Assembly: GCA_024103135.1 (NCBI GenBank)
Contig: JAGFIZ010000036.1
Location: 9,684 to 73,683 of the forward strand
Length of the DNA stretch: 64,000 nucleotides
Direction: 5' to 3'
From: Bradyrhizobiaceae bacterium
Lineage (GTDB): Bacteria > Bacteroidota > Ignavibacteria > Kapaibacteriales > Kapaibacteriaceae
A program made the translations under genes and the position numbers. Under the pieces are notes generated by a model. It saw only the letters and a program-made list of their open reading frames with translations. It had not been told where the DNA came from and did no database searches. The number at the start of each line of letters is the position of its first letter. The first letter of the stretch is position 1. This document shows positions 20,066-29,464 of the stretch, piece after piece.

Positions 20066-23000
20066 GTGAACCTACGTCTTCTTAGTGTGTCGCTTGTTCT
20101 CCTGGGCATGTTATGCATTGCATTACATCTCAGCGGTCAGGTAGTCTCACACCCACTCCTAACACTTGAACAGACTGAGCTCGAGGTTGATCACTTGATC
20201 AACAGCGGGTCCGTCCGTTATGCTCAAGAAGTGTTAAGGGGGCTTGAGAGTCGGTGGGTAAGAGCAGCGACCGACGAATTGGTTCTTGATCAAGCGCGAG
20301 TGTTTGACGTAAGCAAGCAACCAGCGCTGTATGGTCGTACAACGCAGACGTTTATCGACCAGCGGTCGAACTCACCACGCATACCGTTTGTTCATGCTGA
20401 GCGCGGATTTTCTGCCTTGTTAGACAAGCAATGGAAGGTTGCGGCTAGTGAGTTTGAACGTGCTGCCTCAACCGCTCAAGAGCAAGGAGCTATTCGACAG
20501 GTTCCGGAATACAAGCATGTACAACATCTGGTCTTGTTCTGGTTAGGAGTTGCTCGCGCAAACGGTGGACTCTTTGCCGAAGCATTGAATGCCTTTGACG
20601 CTTGTGTGACGGCGGACACGGCAGGCGACTATGCAGCGAGGGCAGTGTTTGCAAAGGCGCAGTTGTATGAACGTAACGCAAACATCGATCAGGCCATTGC
20701 ATCGTATGCACAGGTGCGTACACGCTATCCGCAAACCAACATCGTGATCGCAGCACGGCTGCGAGAAGCACAGATGTTCCTCAACAAACATCAGCCCGAA
20801 CGTGCCACTGACGTTCTGGTTGGCGTTGATGCGTTGATCCGTTCCTCCGTCGCTTCCGATACCTCCACATTGGCGCGTCAGCTATACATTGAACATGCCG
20901 ATGAGCAGTTGCAGCTACTACGGACCAACATCCAGATTCAACGTGACCAGTACGCAGGGGCCTTGGACGCTGCACGATCGTTCGTACGTCAGTATCCTCA
21001 GTCGCGATACGCACCGCTGATCCAACTGTACGGAGGATATTCTGCATTGAGCATGGACTCGAATGCTGTTGCATCCGAGATGCTTGGTGCACTCATTCAG
21101 CGTGAGCCGTCGGAAGCCTCGGCCATCAAGCAACAGGCACAGTTGTACAATGCCGTTGCCCTGCAGCGGCTAGGTCGGGTTGATGAAGCTCGTGCAATGT
21201 TTGCCGACCTGTCGACGCAGCCCGATTATCCATATCAAGCTCAGGCACTGCTTGAGCTAGGTCAGCTTGCCTATCAGCGAGGGGACGTGTCTGCTGCACA
21301 GAAAAATCTCGACAGAGCAGAGCGTGCGGCATCGGACCCCTCAACCATGATTCGTGCACGAATCCTCCTCGGAGCCGTGTATGTAGAACAGCAGAAATGG
21401 GAAGAAGCCGCAGATGCCTATGCTCGCGCAGAACAACTGGCACTCAGTGCAACGGACCAGTACCTGAAGCATCGTAGTCGCTATCTGGCCGAGGCACGAC
21501 TGAAGAAGGGTATCTGCTTGCTTCAGCAGAACGAGAGGCCGGCAGCAATCAAGGCCTTGACGGAGTACTTGGGTAGTCATCCTACCGACCCTTCACGCGA
21601 TGAGGGAACGTTCTGGCTTGCCGAAGCCATGTATCGCTCCGACCTTTTACGCAATGCTCAGGAACTCTACGAAGACATTGTTCATCGGTATACCGCAAGT
21701 CCACGTCGCGAGGAAGCCATGTATGGTCTGGCCTGGACATACTTCCGCAAACGTGAGTTCGACAAGTCCGTGAACATGTTTAGTCAACTTGTCGGCACCT
21801 ACCCGAAGAGCAAGTTCACTGCTGATGCCCTTGTGCGTCAGGGTGATGGTCTCTACATCACCCGGCGGTATGGCGATGCAGCAGCAGCGTATAGCAAGGC
21901 AGCCCGTATAGCACCGTCGACTGACGAAGGACTGTATGCCGGGTATCAGGCTGGACAAGCCATGTATCGAGCTGGAAGACTAGACCAGGCCTTTGATCAT
22001 CTGCGCCAGTATGCATCGGCTCATCCTTCGAGCAAGCTTGCCGATGATGCTCTGTACCTCGCTGGTTGGATCGCCTTCCAGCAAAACAATGATGCTGGTG
22101 CCATTGCCGAGTTCGACCGTCTGCTTAAGGCATACCCGACGGGTGACCAGGCAGTGAAGGCCCTCTACACCATGGCCGATGCCCGCTATAACACGGGTGA
22201 TGTGCAGGGGGCTATCGACACGTACAAGACGGTAATCTCGAAGTATCCTGGCAGTCCGCTTGCCGTTGAGTCAGCCAAAAGCATCCAGATGGCCTTGGTA
22301 AGTGAGGGTCGTACGGATGAAGCTCTCGCTCTGGCTGACTCCTGGATTGCTGCCGACCCACAGGGGCATATTGCTCAGGAGTTTGCTTTCGAAAAGGCAA
22401 ACATTTTTTACACGGGCAGGAGTTACAAGAGTGCTGCGGACGAACTGCTTGCCTACATGGCCAAGTACCCACAGAGCAGCAAGGCCGATGAGGCATTGTT
22501 CTTGCTTGGAAAAAGCTATCTGTCGATGAATGAACTAGGTCAAGCCGTCGATGCATTCAAAACGCTGGAGACCAAACACCCCGACAGTCGCTGGATCTCC
22601 GTTTCGAAACTCGATCTCGCTGAGTTTCATAACGAGCAGGCACGTGCAAAGACTGCGGATTCGTTGTTTGCCATCGTACAGTTCAAATACCCAACGGATA
22701 CACCAAGTGCCTCACGTGCCGGTTTTGAGCGAGCCACCATTGCTAGACTCCAGCAAGACACCGTGGCAGCGATGCAGATCTTTCGATATACGGCCGACAA
22801 GTATCCGGCAACGGAGTATGGTGACCAGGCACGCTATCAGCTGGCATCACACTACCGTGCCATGCGACAGTACGATAGTGCACGTGCAGAGCTAGCCGTC
22901 CTCATACGGACCTCGCCTGACGCCTTGATCAGGGCCAACGCCCTGTACGACATCGGCGATTCATACGCAAGAGAACGCCAGTGGCCTCAGGCCATTGAAT

Positions 23001-23203
23001 TCCTCGAACGCATTCGTACGGAGTATGCCGGCGTCGAGGATTGGTACACACTGGCACTGATTGGCCTCGGAACGTGCTATGAACAACTTGCTCAACCCGA
23101 CAAGGCAAAGGAAGTCTATGGTGCGGTTGCACAGCTCCGACCTGAAGATGACTTTGGCAAGACGGCCATCGCTCGGTTAAAGAGACTGGAGAAGAAGCGA
23201 TGA
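20066..23203 (+). CDS. Giant secreted TPR protein built from at least 12 BamD/YbgF-type repeats
   Basis: A signal peptide is present. The module (Y/H)P.S....(A/E)AL(Y/F).(L/A)(G/A)..Y recurs about a dozen times (YPQSRYAPLI, YPKSKFTADALV, HPSSKLADDALYLAG, YPQSSKADEALFLLGKSY and others). Confidence 0.8.
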   Translation: MNLRLLSVSLVLLGMLCIALHLSGQVVSHPLLTLEQTELEVDHLINSGSVRYAQEVLRGLESRWVRAATDELVLDQARVFDVSKQPALYGRTTQTFIDQRSNSPRIPFVHAERGFSALLDKQWKVAASEFERAASTAQEQGAIRQVPEYKHVQHLVLFWLGVARANGGLFAEALNAFDACVTADTAGDYAARAVFAKAQLYERNANIDQAIASYAQVRTRYPQTNIVIAARLREAQMFLNKHQPERATDVLVGVDALIRSSVASDTSTLARQLYIEHADEQLQLLRTNIQIQRDQYAGALDAARSFVRQYPQSRYAPLIQLYGGYSALSMDSNAVASEMLGALIQREPSEASAIKQQAQLYNAVALQRLGRVDEARAMFADLSTQPDYPYQAQALLELGQLAYQRGDVSAAQKNLDRAERAASDPSTMIRARILLGAVYVEQQKWEEAADAYARAEQLALSATDQYLKHRSRYLAEARLKKGICLLQQNERPAAIKALTEYLGSHPTDPSRDEGTFWLAEAMYRSDLLRNAQELYEDIVHRYTASPRREEAMYGLAWTYFRKREFDKSVNMFSQLVGTYPKSKFTADALVRQGDGLYITRRYGDAAAAYSKAARIAPSTDEGLYAGYQAGQAMYRAGRLDQAFDHLRQYASAHPSSKLADDALYLAGWIAFQQNNDAGAIAEFDRLLKAYPTGDQAVKALYTMADARYNTGDVQGAIDTYKTVISKYPGSPLAVESAKSIQMALVSEGRTDEALALADSWIAADPQGHIAQEFAFEKANIFYTGRSYKSAADELLAYMAKYPQSSKADEALFLLGKSYLSMNELGQAVDAFKTLETKHPDSRWISVSKLDLAEFHNEQARAKTADSLFAIVQFKYPTDTPSASRAGFERATIARLQQDTVAAMQIFRYTADKYPATEYGDQARYQLASHYRAMRQYDSARAELAVLIRTSPDALIRANALYDIGDSYARERQWPQAIEFLERIRTEYAGVEDWYTLALIGLGTCYEQLAQPDKAKEVYGAVAQLRPEDDFGKTAIARLKRLEKKR

Positions 23204-24804
23204 TCACTGCAAGGTCGCCATGGTTTCTTCTTGTTCTACTCTGTGCATGTCAGCTCAGTACTCGTGAGCTCGATGCACAAACACAGCAGTCGCCTGCACA
23301 ACCAATCGAATTGCCAGAGTTCATCGTCACGGGCAAGGAGCAGGTTGGCGTACCTGGCGCCGCAAAGCAGGCACCGTTGCGTCCGCCCATGCTTGCCAAA
23401 GCCACGCTTGACAGCCTTAACCCTGTGGACAAACTCTCGCTCCCGCCTATGGCCGAAGTGCCACTGCCTGAGTATTCACGGTCGCGGCTGTACTTCCCGG
23501 GATGGGTGAGCGCAGAGTTAGGAAACTACATGACGCCGTCGGTCAGTGCAGGGTACTCACTGAATACTGGTGGGTACATGCTCGACGCCATCGGCAAGTT
23601 GCAGCTGTCTAATGGTTGGGTAACGGGGTCGGAGTTTCTTACCGGATCGTTAGGAGTACGAAGCTCATACGTGGCTCCTGAGGAGTATGTGGTCTTTGGT
23701 GGCAGTGAGACTCGGGTAGCACTGGACTTCGCCTCGACATCATACAAGCTCTATGCCTTGCAACATGCTCCATCACGCAACGTTCAGACAATGTCTGGTC
23801 TCGTTGCTACGACAGGGAAGTCTGGCGACTATCGGTTCGATGCACAAGTTGATGCCCGACGTTCAGCGCTTAATGACGCTGATAGTTCGACAGCGGCGAA
23901 TAATCAGTTGCATGGCACGGTAACCGTTGTGCGTCAGTGGGACTCAACGGCCTTCGGTGGATTTGTCGACGTCATGTTACCATCCTATCGTTCGCAAGGC
24001 TACTCGATGTTTCAGGGAGGTCTCACAGGCAGTTTCGATTTTAGAGACATGCATGTTTCGTACTCGGCCTCGGTACAAACAGCAAACTCAACGATGAACG
24101 ATCAACGCTTTGGTGTGGGTGTATCGGCGAAAGCACAATGGCAGCTAGGGTACTTGTACACGGTTGATGCACAGGTCAACAGTGGACTTCGGCTGGTTAC
24201 GATAAGCGACATCATGTCAAGCAATCCGTATGTCAGCAGTCAATCAACAGTAGACGTTCCGTATGATTTGGCCGACGTCACTGCAGGTCTACGACACCAC
24301 CCAACGAATCAGCTGACGATTGCCGGGTTTGCACGATTACGCCTAACCGATAGAGACCTAGTGTGGAGCAGTGCTAATGGTGGTGTGTTCACGCCGCAAT
24401 GGCTTCAAACCTCCACAACATCACTGCATGGGTCGGTACGTTGGTGGGCTTCGCATGCCGACGCCGTCACTGCAGATCTGACGCTTACCCACAGTACCGT
24501 TGATTCCGTGAACACGCCATATGTACCGGCAGTACAAGCTGCAGTAGGTTATGAACGGGCGTGGACGGACAAGTTGAGCGCAAGTGCAACCATCATCTAT
24601 ATTGGTGAGCGGTATGTTGATGTAACGTCTGACAGATTGCTAGACGGCTATGTCGACGTTAGACTAGCTGGCCGCTACACCCTAAACACCGCATTCGACG
24701 TCTTTGTTCGAGCTGAGAATCTTGTTGGAAGCACAATGGTCATCTGGGATGGTTACATCGAACGTGGAGTATTTGTGAGCGCTGGTCTCACATGGAGGTT
24801 TTAA
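23200..24804 (+). CDS. Outer-membrane beta-barrel, TonB-dependent-receptor-like but apparently plug-less
   Basis: It has a signal peptide, a TonB-box-like ELPEFIVTGKE, a Pro-rich linker and long alternating beta-strand sequence. The TBDR-like C-terminus is VRAENLVGSTMVIWDGYIERGVFVSAGLTWRF. The start overlaps the TPR stop (ATGA). Confidence 0.7.
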   Translation: MITARSPWFLLVLLCACQLSTRELDAQTQQSPAQPIELPEFIVTGKEQVGVPGAAKQAPLRPPMLAKATLDSLNPVDKLSLPPMAEVPLPEYSRSRLYFPGWVSAELGNYMTPSVSAGYSLNTGGYMLDAIGKLQLSNGWVTGSEFLTGSLGVRSSYVAPEEYVVFGGSETRVALDFASTSYKLYALQHAPSRNVQTMSGLVATTGKSGDYRFDAQVDARRSALNDADSSTAANNQLHGTVTVVRQWDSTAFGGFVDVMLPSYRSQGYSMFQGGLTGSFDFRDMHVSYSASVQTANSTMNDQRFGVGVSAKAQWQLGYLYTVDAQVNSGLRLVTISDIMSSNPYVSSQSTVDVPYDLADVTAGLRHHPTNQLTIAGFARLRLTDRDLVWSSANGGVFTPQWLQTSTTSLHGSVRWWASHADAVTADLTLTHSTVDSVNTPYVPAVQAAVGYERAWTDKLSASATIIYIGERYVDVTSDRLLDGYVDVRLAGRYTLNTAFDVFVRAENLVGSTMVIWDGYIERGVFVSAGLTWRF

Positions 24805-24806
24805 CC

Positions 24807-25604
24807 ATGAGCACCTTTGACAACGATTGGGAAAACACCGCATTCGACGACGCATCTGAAGGGTTTATGCGTTCACCACAAGAGGAAACATCTCCTGCTT
24901 CCATTACACAGCCCCCTGACGGCTCCAAAGAGTCAACAGAGAAGAAAGGAAGGGGCGCGCTATTCTGGTTCGGGTCTGCAGCTGCACTTGTCTTGCTTGT
25001 TTCCATCATTGGAGGTGGCTTGTATTGGCTCACGCGGCCAACCATCGAAGATCAAGCATTCATGTCGAGTCCTACCACCGAGGGTGCAAACCCAACTCCT
25101 CCGGTAGCTGTGCATGAGGATAGTACGACCATTGATCTTACCAAGTTGGCAGACACATCGAAGCCAGTTGAACAAGCACCTACTAGCACTCGGGAGCAGT
25201 TGGCAATGGTCGACCGTGCACTCAACGAGAAACCAGAGCAACCTAAGGCAACACCGAACAACAAACCACAACGTGAATCAAAGCCGACGCAGCCAGCGAA
25301 GCGTGTCGAGCAACCACGAACACAACCACGTATGAATACGCCAGAAGCCACAGCTGCAAAGGAAGAAGTCGAGAATCAAGAATACGTCATCCAAGTATTC
25401 AGTAGTCCGTCCCGTAGCGATGCTGCAGAGTGGCTGCAGCTTTTGCGTGAAAAGCAAGTTGCCGATGGACGCATCGTAGAGCAAAAGATCAAGGGCGAGA
25501 GCTGGTATCGCGTCCGCTTCGGAAGCTTCGACAATCGGTCTGACGCCGAGGCGCAAGCCCGTAAACTGGGCTTCAGACAACCATGGATTGCTAGGGTTCG
25601 ATGA
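24807..25604 (+). CDS. SPOR-domain (peptidoglycan-binding) bitopic membrane protein
   Basis: The TM segment is ALFWFGSAAALVLLVSIIGGGLYWL. The C-terminal region YVIQVFSSPSRSDAAEWLQLLRE...WYRVRFGSFDNRSDAEAQARKLG is a SPOR domain. A GGAGG lies 9 nt before this ATG, and the ATG at 24792 is an alternative start. Confidence 0.8.
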   Translation: MSTFDNDWENTAFDDASEGFMRSPQEETSPASITQPPDGSKESTEKKGRGALFWFGSAAALVLLVSIIGGGLYWLTRPTIEDQAFMSSPTTEGANPTPPVAVHEDSTTIDLTKLADTSKPVEQAPTSTREQLAMVDRALNEKPEQPKATPNNKPQRESKPTQPAKRVEQPRTQPRMNTPEATAAKEEVENQEYVIQVFSSPSRSDAAEWLQLLREKQVADGRIVEQKIKGESWYRVRFGSFDNRSDAEAQARKLGFRQPWIARVR

Positions 25605-26347
25605 GACCACACCAAGACATTAACACAGCGCAGATTCAGTTGCGGTGGAGTCCAAATGCCTTCAAGGGCTTTGGAATTTCCCTTGCTGTGTTCCTCATTG
25701 TCTTGTTCATTACCAAGTGCACGAAGATCGACCCACCAGCATCGTATTCGATACCGGGCTCGACGACTGTTGACCTGGTGTTTGGTGCCGGGAACTCGAC
25801 CGGACCCAGTGGGGGCAACCTTACGCAAGAAGGTAAGGCGAAACGCGGACCAGAAGGAACACTGCTTGAAGATGCATCATCAGCCAAGTCGTCTAAAGTC
25901 ACGCGAACTACATCCGACCCAACACAAAGTGCACGTCATAAGCTTGTACCCGATGTCGGGAGCAAGGGCCGAGGTAGCGAACACGCCACCGGTGAAGAAG
26001 AGCGTGGTCTGAAGGACGGTTCGGATGACGGACCTGGTCTTGGATGGGCAGGTGCAGGGGCTGGTAAGGGGCTAGGGTACGGACTTGAATGGGGCGGGGG
26101 AGGCAATCGAATTGTGCTCAACAAAGTTCTTCCGAAGTTTCCTCCAGGTACTCTCAATACACAAGTCAAGCTTCGATTTCGTGTAAGGCCCGACGGCACC
26201 GTCAGCTGGGTCATGCCTGTGCGAAAAGGTGGCAACCCTGCCGTTGATCAAGCGGCAATTCAAGCCATGTATCGGTGGCGATTTAATCCATTGTCGACCG
26301 ACGTCGAAATGGAAGGAACCATTGCCTTTACATTCCAGAACTCTTGA
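25601..26347 (+). CDS. TonB-family protein (N-terminal TM, Gly-rich linker, TonB_C domain)
   Basis: The C-terminus is VKLRFRVRPDGTVSWVMPVRKGGNPAVDQAAIQAMYRWRFNP. The start overlaps the SPOR gene stop (ATGA). Confidence 0.8.
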   Translation: MRPHQDINTAQIQLRWSPNAFKGFGISLAVFLIVLFITKCTKIDPPASYSIPGSTTVDLVFGAGNSTGPSGGNLTQEGKAKRGPEGTLLEDASSAKSSKVTRTTSDPTQSARHKLVPDVGSKGRGSEHATGEEERGLKDGSDDGPGLGWAGAGAGKGLGYGLEWGGGGNRIVLNKVLPKFPPGTLNTQVKLRFRVRPDGTVSWVMPVRKGGNPAVDQAAIQAMYRWRFNPLSTDVEMEGTIAFTFQNS

Positions 26348-26380
26348 CACCATGGGCTACGCCTACAACGGACACTTGGC

Positions 26381-26548
26381 ATGAATGAACTAATAACCTG
26401 GTACACGGAATTGGCCGTTCCACTGAAGACCGTTTTCTGGGTCCTGGTGGTGTTTTTGGGATTGGCGATCGTAAAACGACTTGTAAAGATTGCATTATTG
26501 GTCACGTTGCTAATCATTGTCATTTTTGTGGCCGCCTTGATTTTGTAA
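26381..26548 (+). CDS. Candidate 55-aa two-TM membrane peptide (below ORF-track cut-off)
   Basis: My own translation is MNELITWYTELAVPLKTVFWVLVVFLGLAIVKRLVKIALLVTLLIIVIFVAALIL*. It fills an otherwise empty 231-nt gap, and no clear Shine-Dalgarno element is visible. Confidence 0.4.
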   Translation: MNELITWYTELAVPLKTVFWVLVVFLGLAIVKRLVKIALLVTLLIIVIFVAALIL

Positions 26549-26578
26549 CACAACACGAGTTCAGATTTCAGGACTTCT

Positions 26579-27922
26579 ATGCCCTTCAACATTGGAATTA
26601 TTGGCACGGGATACGTTGGTTTGGTTACGGGTACTTGTCTAGCTGATGTGGGCAATTCTGTACTCTGCGTGGACGTCGATGCTCAGAAAATCGAGCGGAT
26701 GAGAGGGGGCGATCCAATCATCTTTGAAAAGGGGTTGGACCGGTTGCTAGAACGCAATCTCAAGGAAGGACGTATTACCTTTACCTTGGACCTTGCAGAA
26801 GCCGTCAGGACGTGTACAATACTCATGTTCTGTTTGCCAACGCCTCCAGGCAAGGACGGGTCAGCTGACCTTGCAGCAGTTGTGTCTGTAGCAAATCATA
26901 CAGCACGTATCCTGCACGAAGAGCAGATCACTGAGCCAAGGATCGTCGTCAACAAAAGCACCGTTCCTGTTGGTACGGCAGCGATGATCGAGGCCATCTT
27001 CGCAGAGCATGCACCCAATGCCGACGTCCATATCGTAAGTAACCCGGAATTCCTAAGCGAGGGCGTATCGGTTGATGACTTCATGAAACCTGAGCGCGTG
27101 ATTGTTGGCACCAAGAGCGAGTATGCAAAGAAGGCCATGGTCGACCTCTACCAACCGTTCGTCCGATCTGGAGCACCGATCTATTGCTTTGATGTTCCGA
27201 GCGCCGAGGTGACCAAGTATGCGGCCAATGCGTTTTTAGCAACGAAGATTTCCTTTATGAATGACCTGTCGAAGTACTGCGAAATCGTCGGGGCTGATGT
27301 TGATAACGTTCGTCGAGGAATAAGTGCCGACAGCAGGATTGCCACGGGATTCCTGTATGCCGGTGTCGGCTATGGCGGTAGCTGCTTCCCCAAGGATGTG
27401 AAGGCCATCATCCATTCTGCAAAAGCTTTGGGAATGTCGTTGGAAGTGATCGAAGCAACTGAACGCGTCAATCACAAACAACTGCAACGATTTATTCAGC
27501 GCATACTCGATCGTTTTGATGGTGATGTTGCAGGCAAACACTTTGCCGTGTGGGGACTGTCATTCAAGCCTAATACGGACGATATCCGTGATGCACCATC
27601 CCTGGAAATCATTCGTGCGCTTACACAACGAGGTGCCACGGTATCGGCATTCGACCCCGAAGCCATTGCCAACACGCAAAAAGCCCTCGGTGATATGATC
27701 ACCTATGCTCCAAGCATGTACGACGCAACGGTTGGTGCTGATGCGCTGATCATTCCAACGGAGTGGAATGAGTTCAGAAAACCGATGTTTTCCCGGGTGA
27801 AGGAACAGATGAAGCAACCACTCATTTTTGATGGTCGCAACCTCTACACCCTTGACGAGGCTGCAGAAGCCGGCTTTGAATACTACAGCGTTGGTCGTGC
27901 CAGCGTTATCCCCGACGCCTAA
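26579..27922 (+). CDS. ugd: UDP-glucose 6-dehydrogenase
   Basis: The NAD-binding fold IGIIGTGYVGLVTG, the catalytic GGSCFPKD and a 447-aa size all fit. Confidence 0.93.
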   Translation: MPFNIGIIGTGYVGLVTGTCLADVGNSVLCVDVDAQKIERMRGGDPIIFEKGLDRLLERNLKEGRITFTLDLAEAVRTCTILMFCLPTPPGKDGSADLAAVVSVANHTARILHEEQITEPRIVVNKSTVPVGTAAMIEAIFAEHAPNADVHIVSNPEFLSEGVSVDDFMKPERVIVGTKSEYAKKAMVDLYQPFVRSGAPIYCFDVPSAEVTKYAANAFLATKISFMNDLSKYCEIVGADVDNVRRGISADSRIATGFLYAGVGYGGSCFPKDVKAIIHSAKALGMSLEVIEATERVNHKQLQRFIQRILDRFDGDVAGKHFAVWGLSFKPNTDDIRDAPSLEIIRALTQRGATVSAFDPEAIANTQKALGDMITYAPSMYDATVGADALIIPTEWNEFRKPMFSRVKEQMKQPLIFDGRNLYTLDEAAEAGFEYYSVGRASVIPDA

Positions 27923-29462
27923 GCACCTTGCCAGAAATCTTGCGGAATAGGAGGAACTGTCGTCGAGTGCGCCACCACCGACGCAGACGCATGGCCAACA
28001 TGCGTAGCAATCGAGCAAGTGAGAAGTTGTTTGCGCCGATTCCACCTTGGAGCATGTTTCGAATCTGACTTCGTTCACTGTCTGAAATCGAGACGTCATC
28101 GGCTGAAGTACCTGGTCTGTTCAGTATCTGACCGAGCATCTGTTCCAACTCCTGTGCATACCGTTCCAGTCGTGGGGCATCAATGGTGTTGTACTGCATC
28201 AGGAGGTACAGATGATCATAGAGCATTGCTGCTCGCTTAATGTCTTCAACCTGATGTTCATCGCGAAGTTCTTGGAGTAGGGCACCTGCCAGTTCTTCCA
28301 GTTCGCGGACCTTATCCTCAGGAAAGGAGAACATCTCCTTGGGGTCGATATCGTCGACCTCTACGTAGACGGTGCTGAGCTTTTGTATCTCCAGCCCGTA
28401 CTGTTTCGTAACGTCAGCGGCAATACGCTGCTTAAGGGTCTCGATCTGCTTGACAACGATGCTTAGCTGACTCTTTAGCGACTGTGTACGCATGCCACCA
28501 GAGGCCGATGACAGACTAACCTCGTACTCATGTTTTTGCTGCAACAACTCCCGCAGACGGATTGCATCTTCACTGTTGCTGTGGTACACCTGATCTTCGA
28601 TGATCTTGTCGTCTACCACCATCCGTGCATGACCAATCTTCACGGTATTTACAGTGATTGTATCACCCATTTGCGAGCGTAGCCCATCCAGATCGATATG
28701 TGCTACACCATCGGTAATCACAAGAATCTGAGCGTGGGAAAGCTGGCTTTCATGCGAGATATCGTCAATCGCCTGCTGGAGTGCTTTCTGCAGGACGGTA
28801 CCATTTCCGGTAGCATCCAGGTGCATTACCGTGCTGATCAGTCGCTGGAATGAAGGCACATCCCGAGCCACGTGTAGTTCGCCAACCGTAAGATCGAACG
28901 TTCTGCAGAACACGGTTCCAAGCTCTTGCTCGTTTCGCTTGAGGAATAGGTAGGCGATGGACTTTGCGAGTAAGATGCGGTAATGCAGTCGCATTGAGCT
29001 CGAGGTGTCGAACAGCACATACACCTTTTGCTTCCTGTCGTCCGGTGCAAAACGGTCACTCTCCGTTTGATACCGAAAGTTGTGCGGCTGTCGTGGACGG
29101 GGCATCCAGAGTGAGCGTTCTGCAAGTCGCTGAAGGAAAACCGTTTCTGGGAGTAGAAACTGATATGGATAGATCTGACGGACCTCCGTGACACTACGAA
29201 TCAGATCGGCTTCGTACTCCTTGACCTCAGTAACAAGCGGAATGAGAATCGACTGTAGGGTAGAGTCTCGGTCCGTTGGCTCCTGGAGTTCGAGAATCGG
29301 TGCTAACGCACGCGACAAGTCATGGGAGAGATCTTCCAGGATTCGGGCGATCTCATAGATCAATGTGAAGTTGTCAGGTAGATGTGCCTCGACATGGTCA
29401 AAGAAGCCATACTCCTCCATCTGGGAGAAGAATTGCGAGGTTTCTATCACTTCACGAGACAT
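27906..29462 (-). CDS. VWA-domain protein (ViaA-like partner of the adjacent AAA+ ATPase) with long helical C-terminal extension
   Basis: MIDAS residues VYVLFDTSSSM, ATGNGT and LVITDG are present. The C-terminus has charged heptad-like helices and a basic tail RLRRWWRTRRQFLLFRKISGKVLRRRG. Confidence 0.8.
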   Translation of the reverse strand: MSREVIETSQFFSQMEEYGFFDHVEAHLPDNFTLIYEIARILEDLSHDLSRALAPILELQEPTDRDSTLQSILIPLVTEVKEYEADLIRSVTEVRQIYPYQFLLPETVFLQRLAERSLWMPRPRQPHNFRYQTESDRFAPDDRKQKVYVLFDTSSSMRLHYRILLAKSIAYLFLKRNEQELGTVFCRTFDLTVGELHVARDVPSFQRLISTVMHLDATGNGTVLQKALQQAIDDISHESQLSHAQILVITDGVAHIDLDGLRSQMGDTITVNTVKIGHARMVVDDKIIEDQVYHSNSEDAIRLRELLQQKHEYEVSLSSASGGMRTQSLKSQLSIVVKQIETLKQRIAADVTKQYGLEIQKLSTVYVEVDDIDPKEMFSFPEDKVRELEELAGALLQELRDEHQVEDIKRAAMLYDHLYLLMQYNTIDAPRLERYAQELEQMLGQILNRPGTSADDVSISDSERSQIRNMLQGGIGANNFSLARLLRMLAMRLRRWWRTRRQFLLFRKISGKVLRRRG

Positions 29463-29464
29463 TG

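Noticed and set aside
26045-26100. A G-tract cluster (GGG N8 GGGG N7 GGGG N3 GGG ... GGGGCGGGGG) resembling a G-quadruplex motif.
   Set aside because: It is fully explained by the Gly-rich linker of the TonB-like protein (GLGWAGAGAGKGLGYGLEWGGGG). One loop exceeds the canonical 7 nt, and nothing supports a regulatory role.
26260-26655. A 131-aa minus-strand ORF spanning the TonB-ugd gap.
   Set aside because: It overlaps the 3' end of the TonB-like gene and the conserved NAD-binding 5' end of ugd. The plus-strand 55-aa two-TM ORF explains the gap better.
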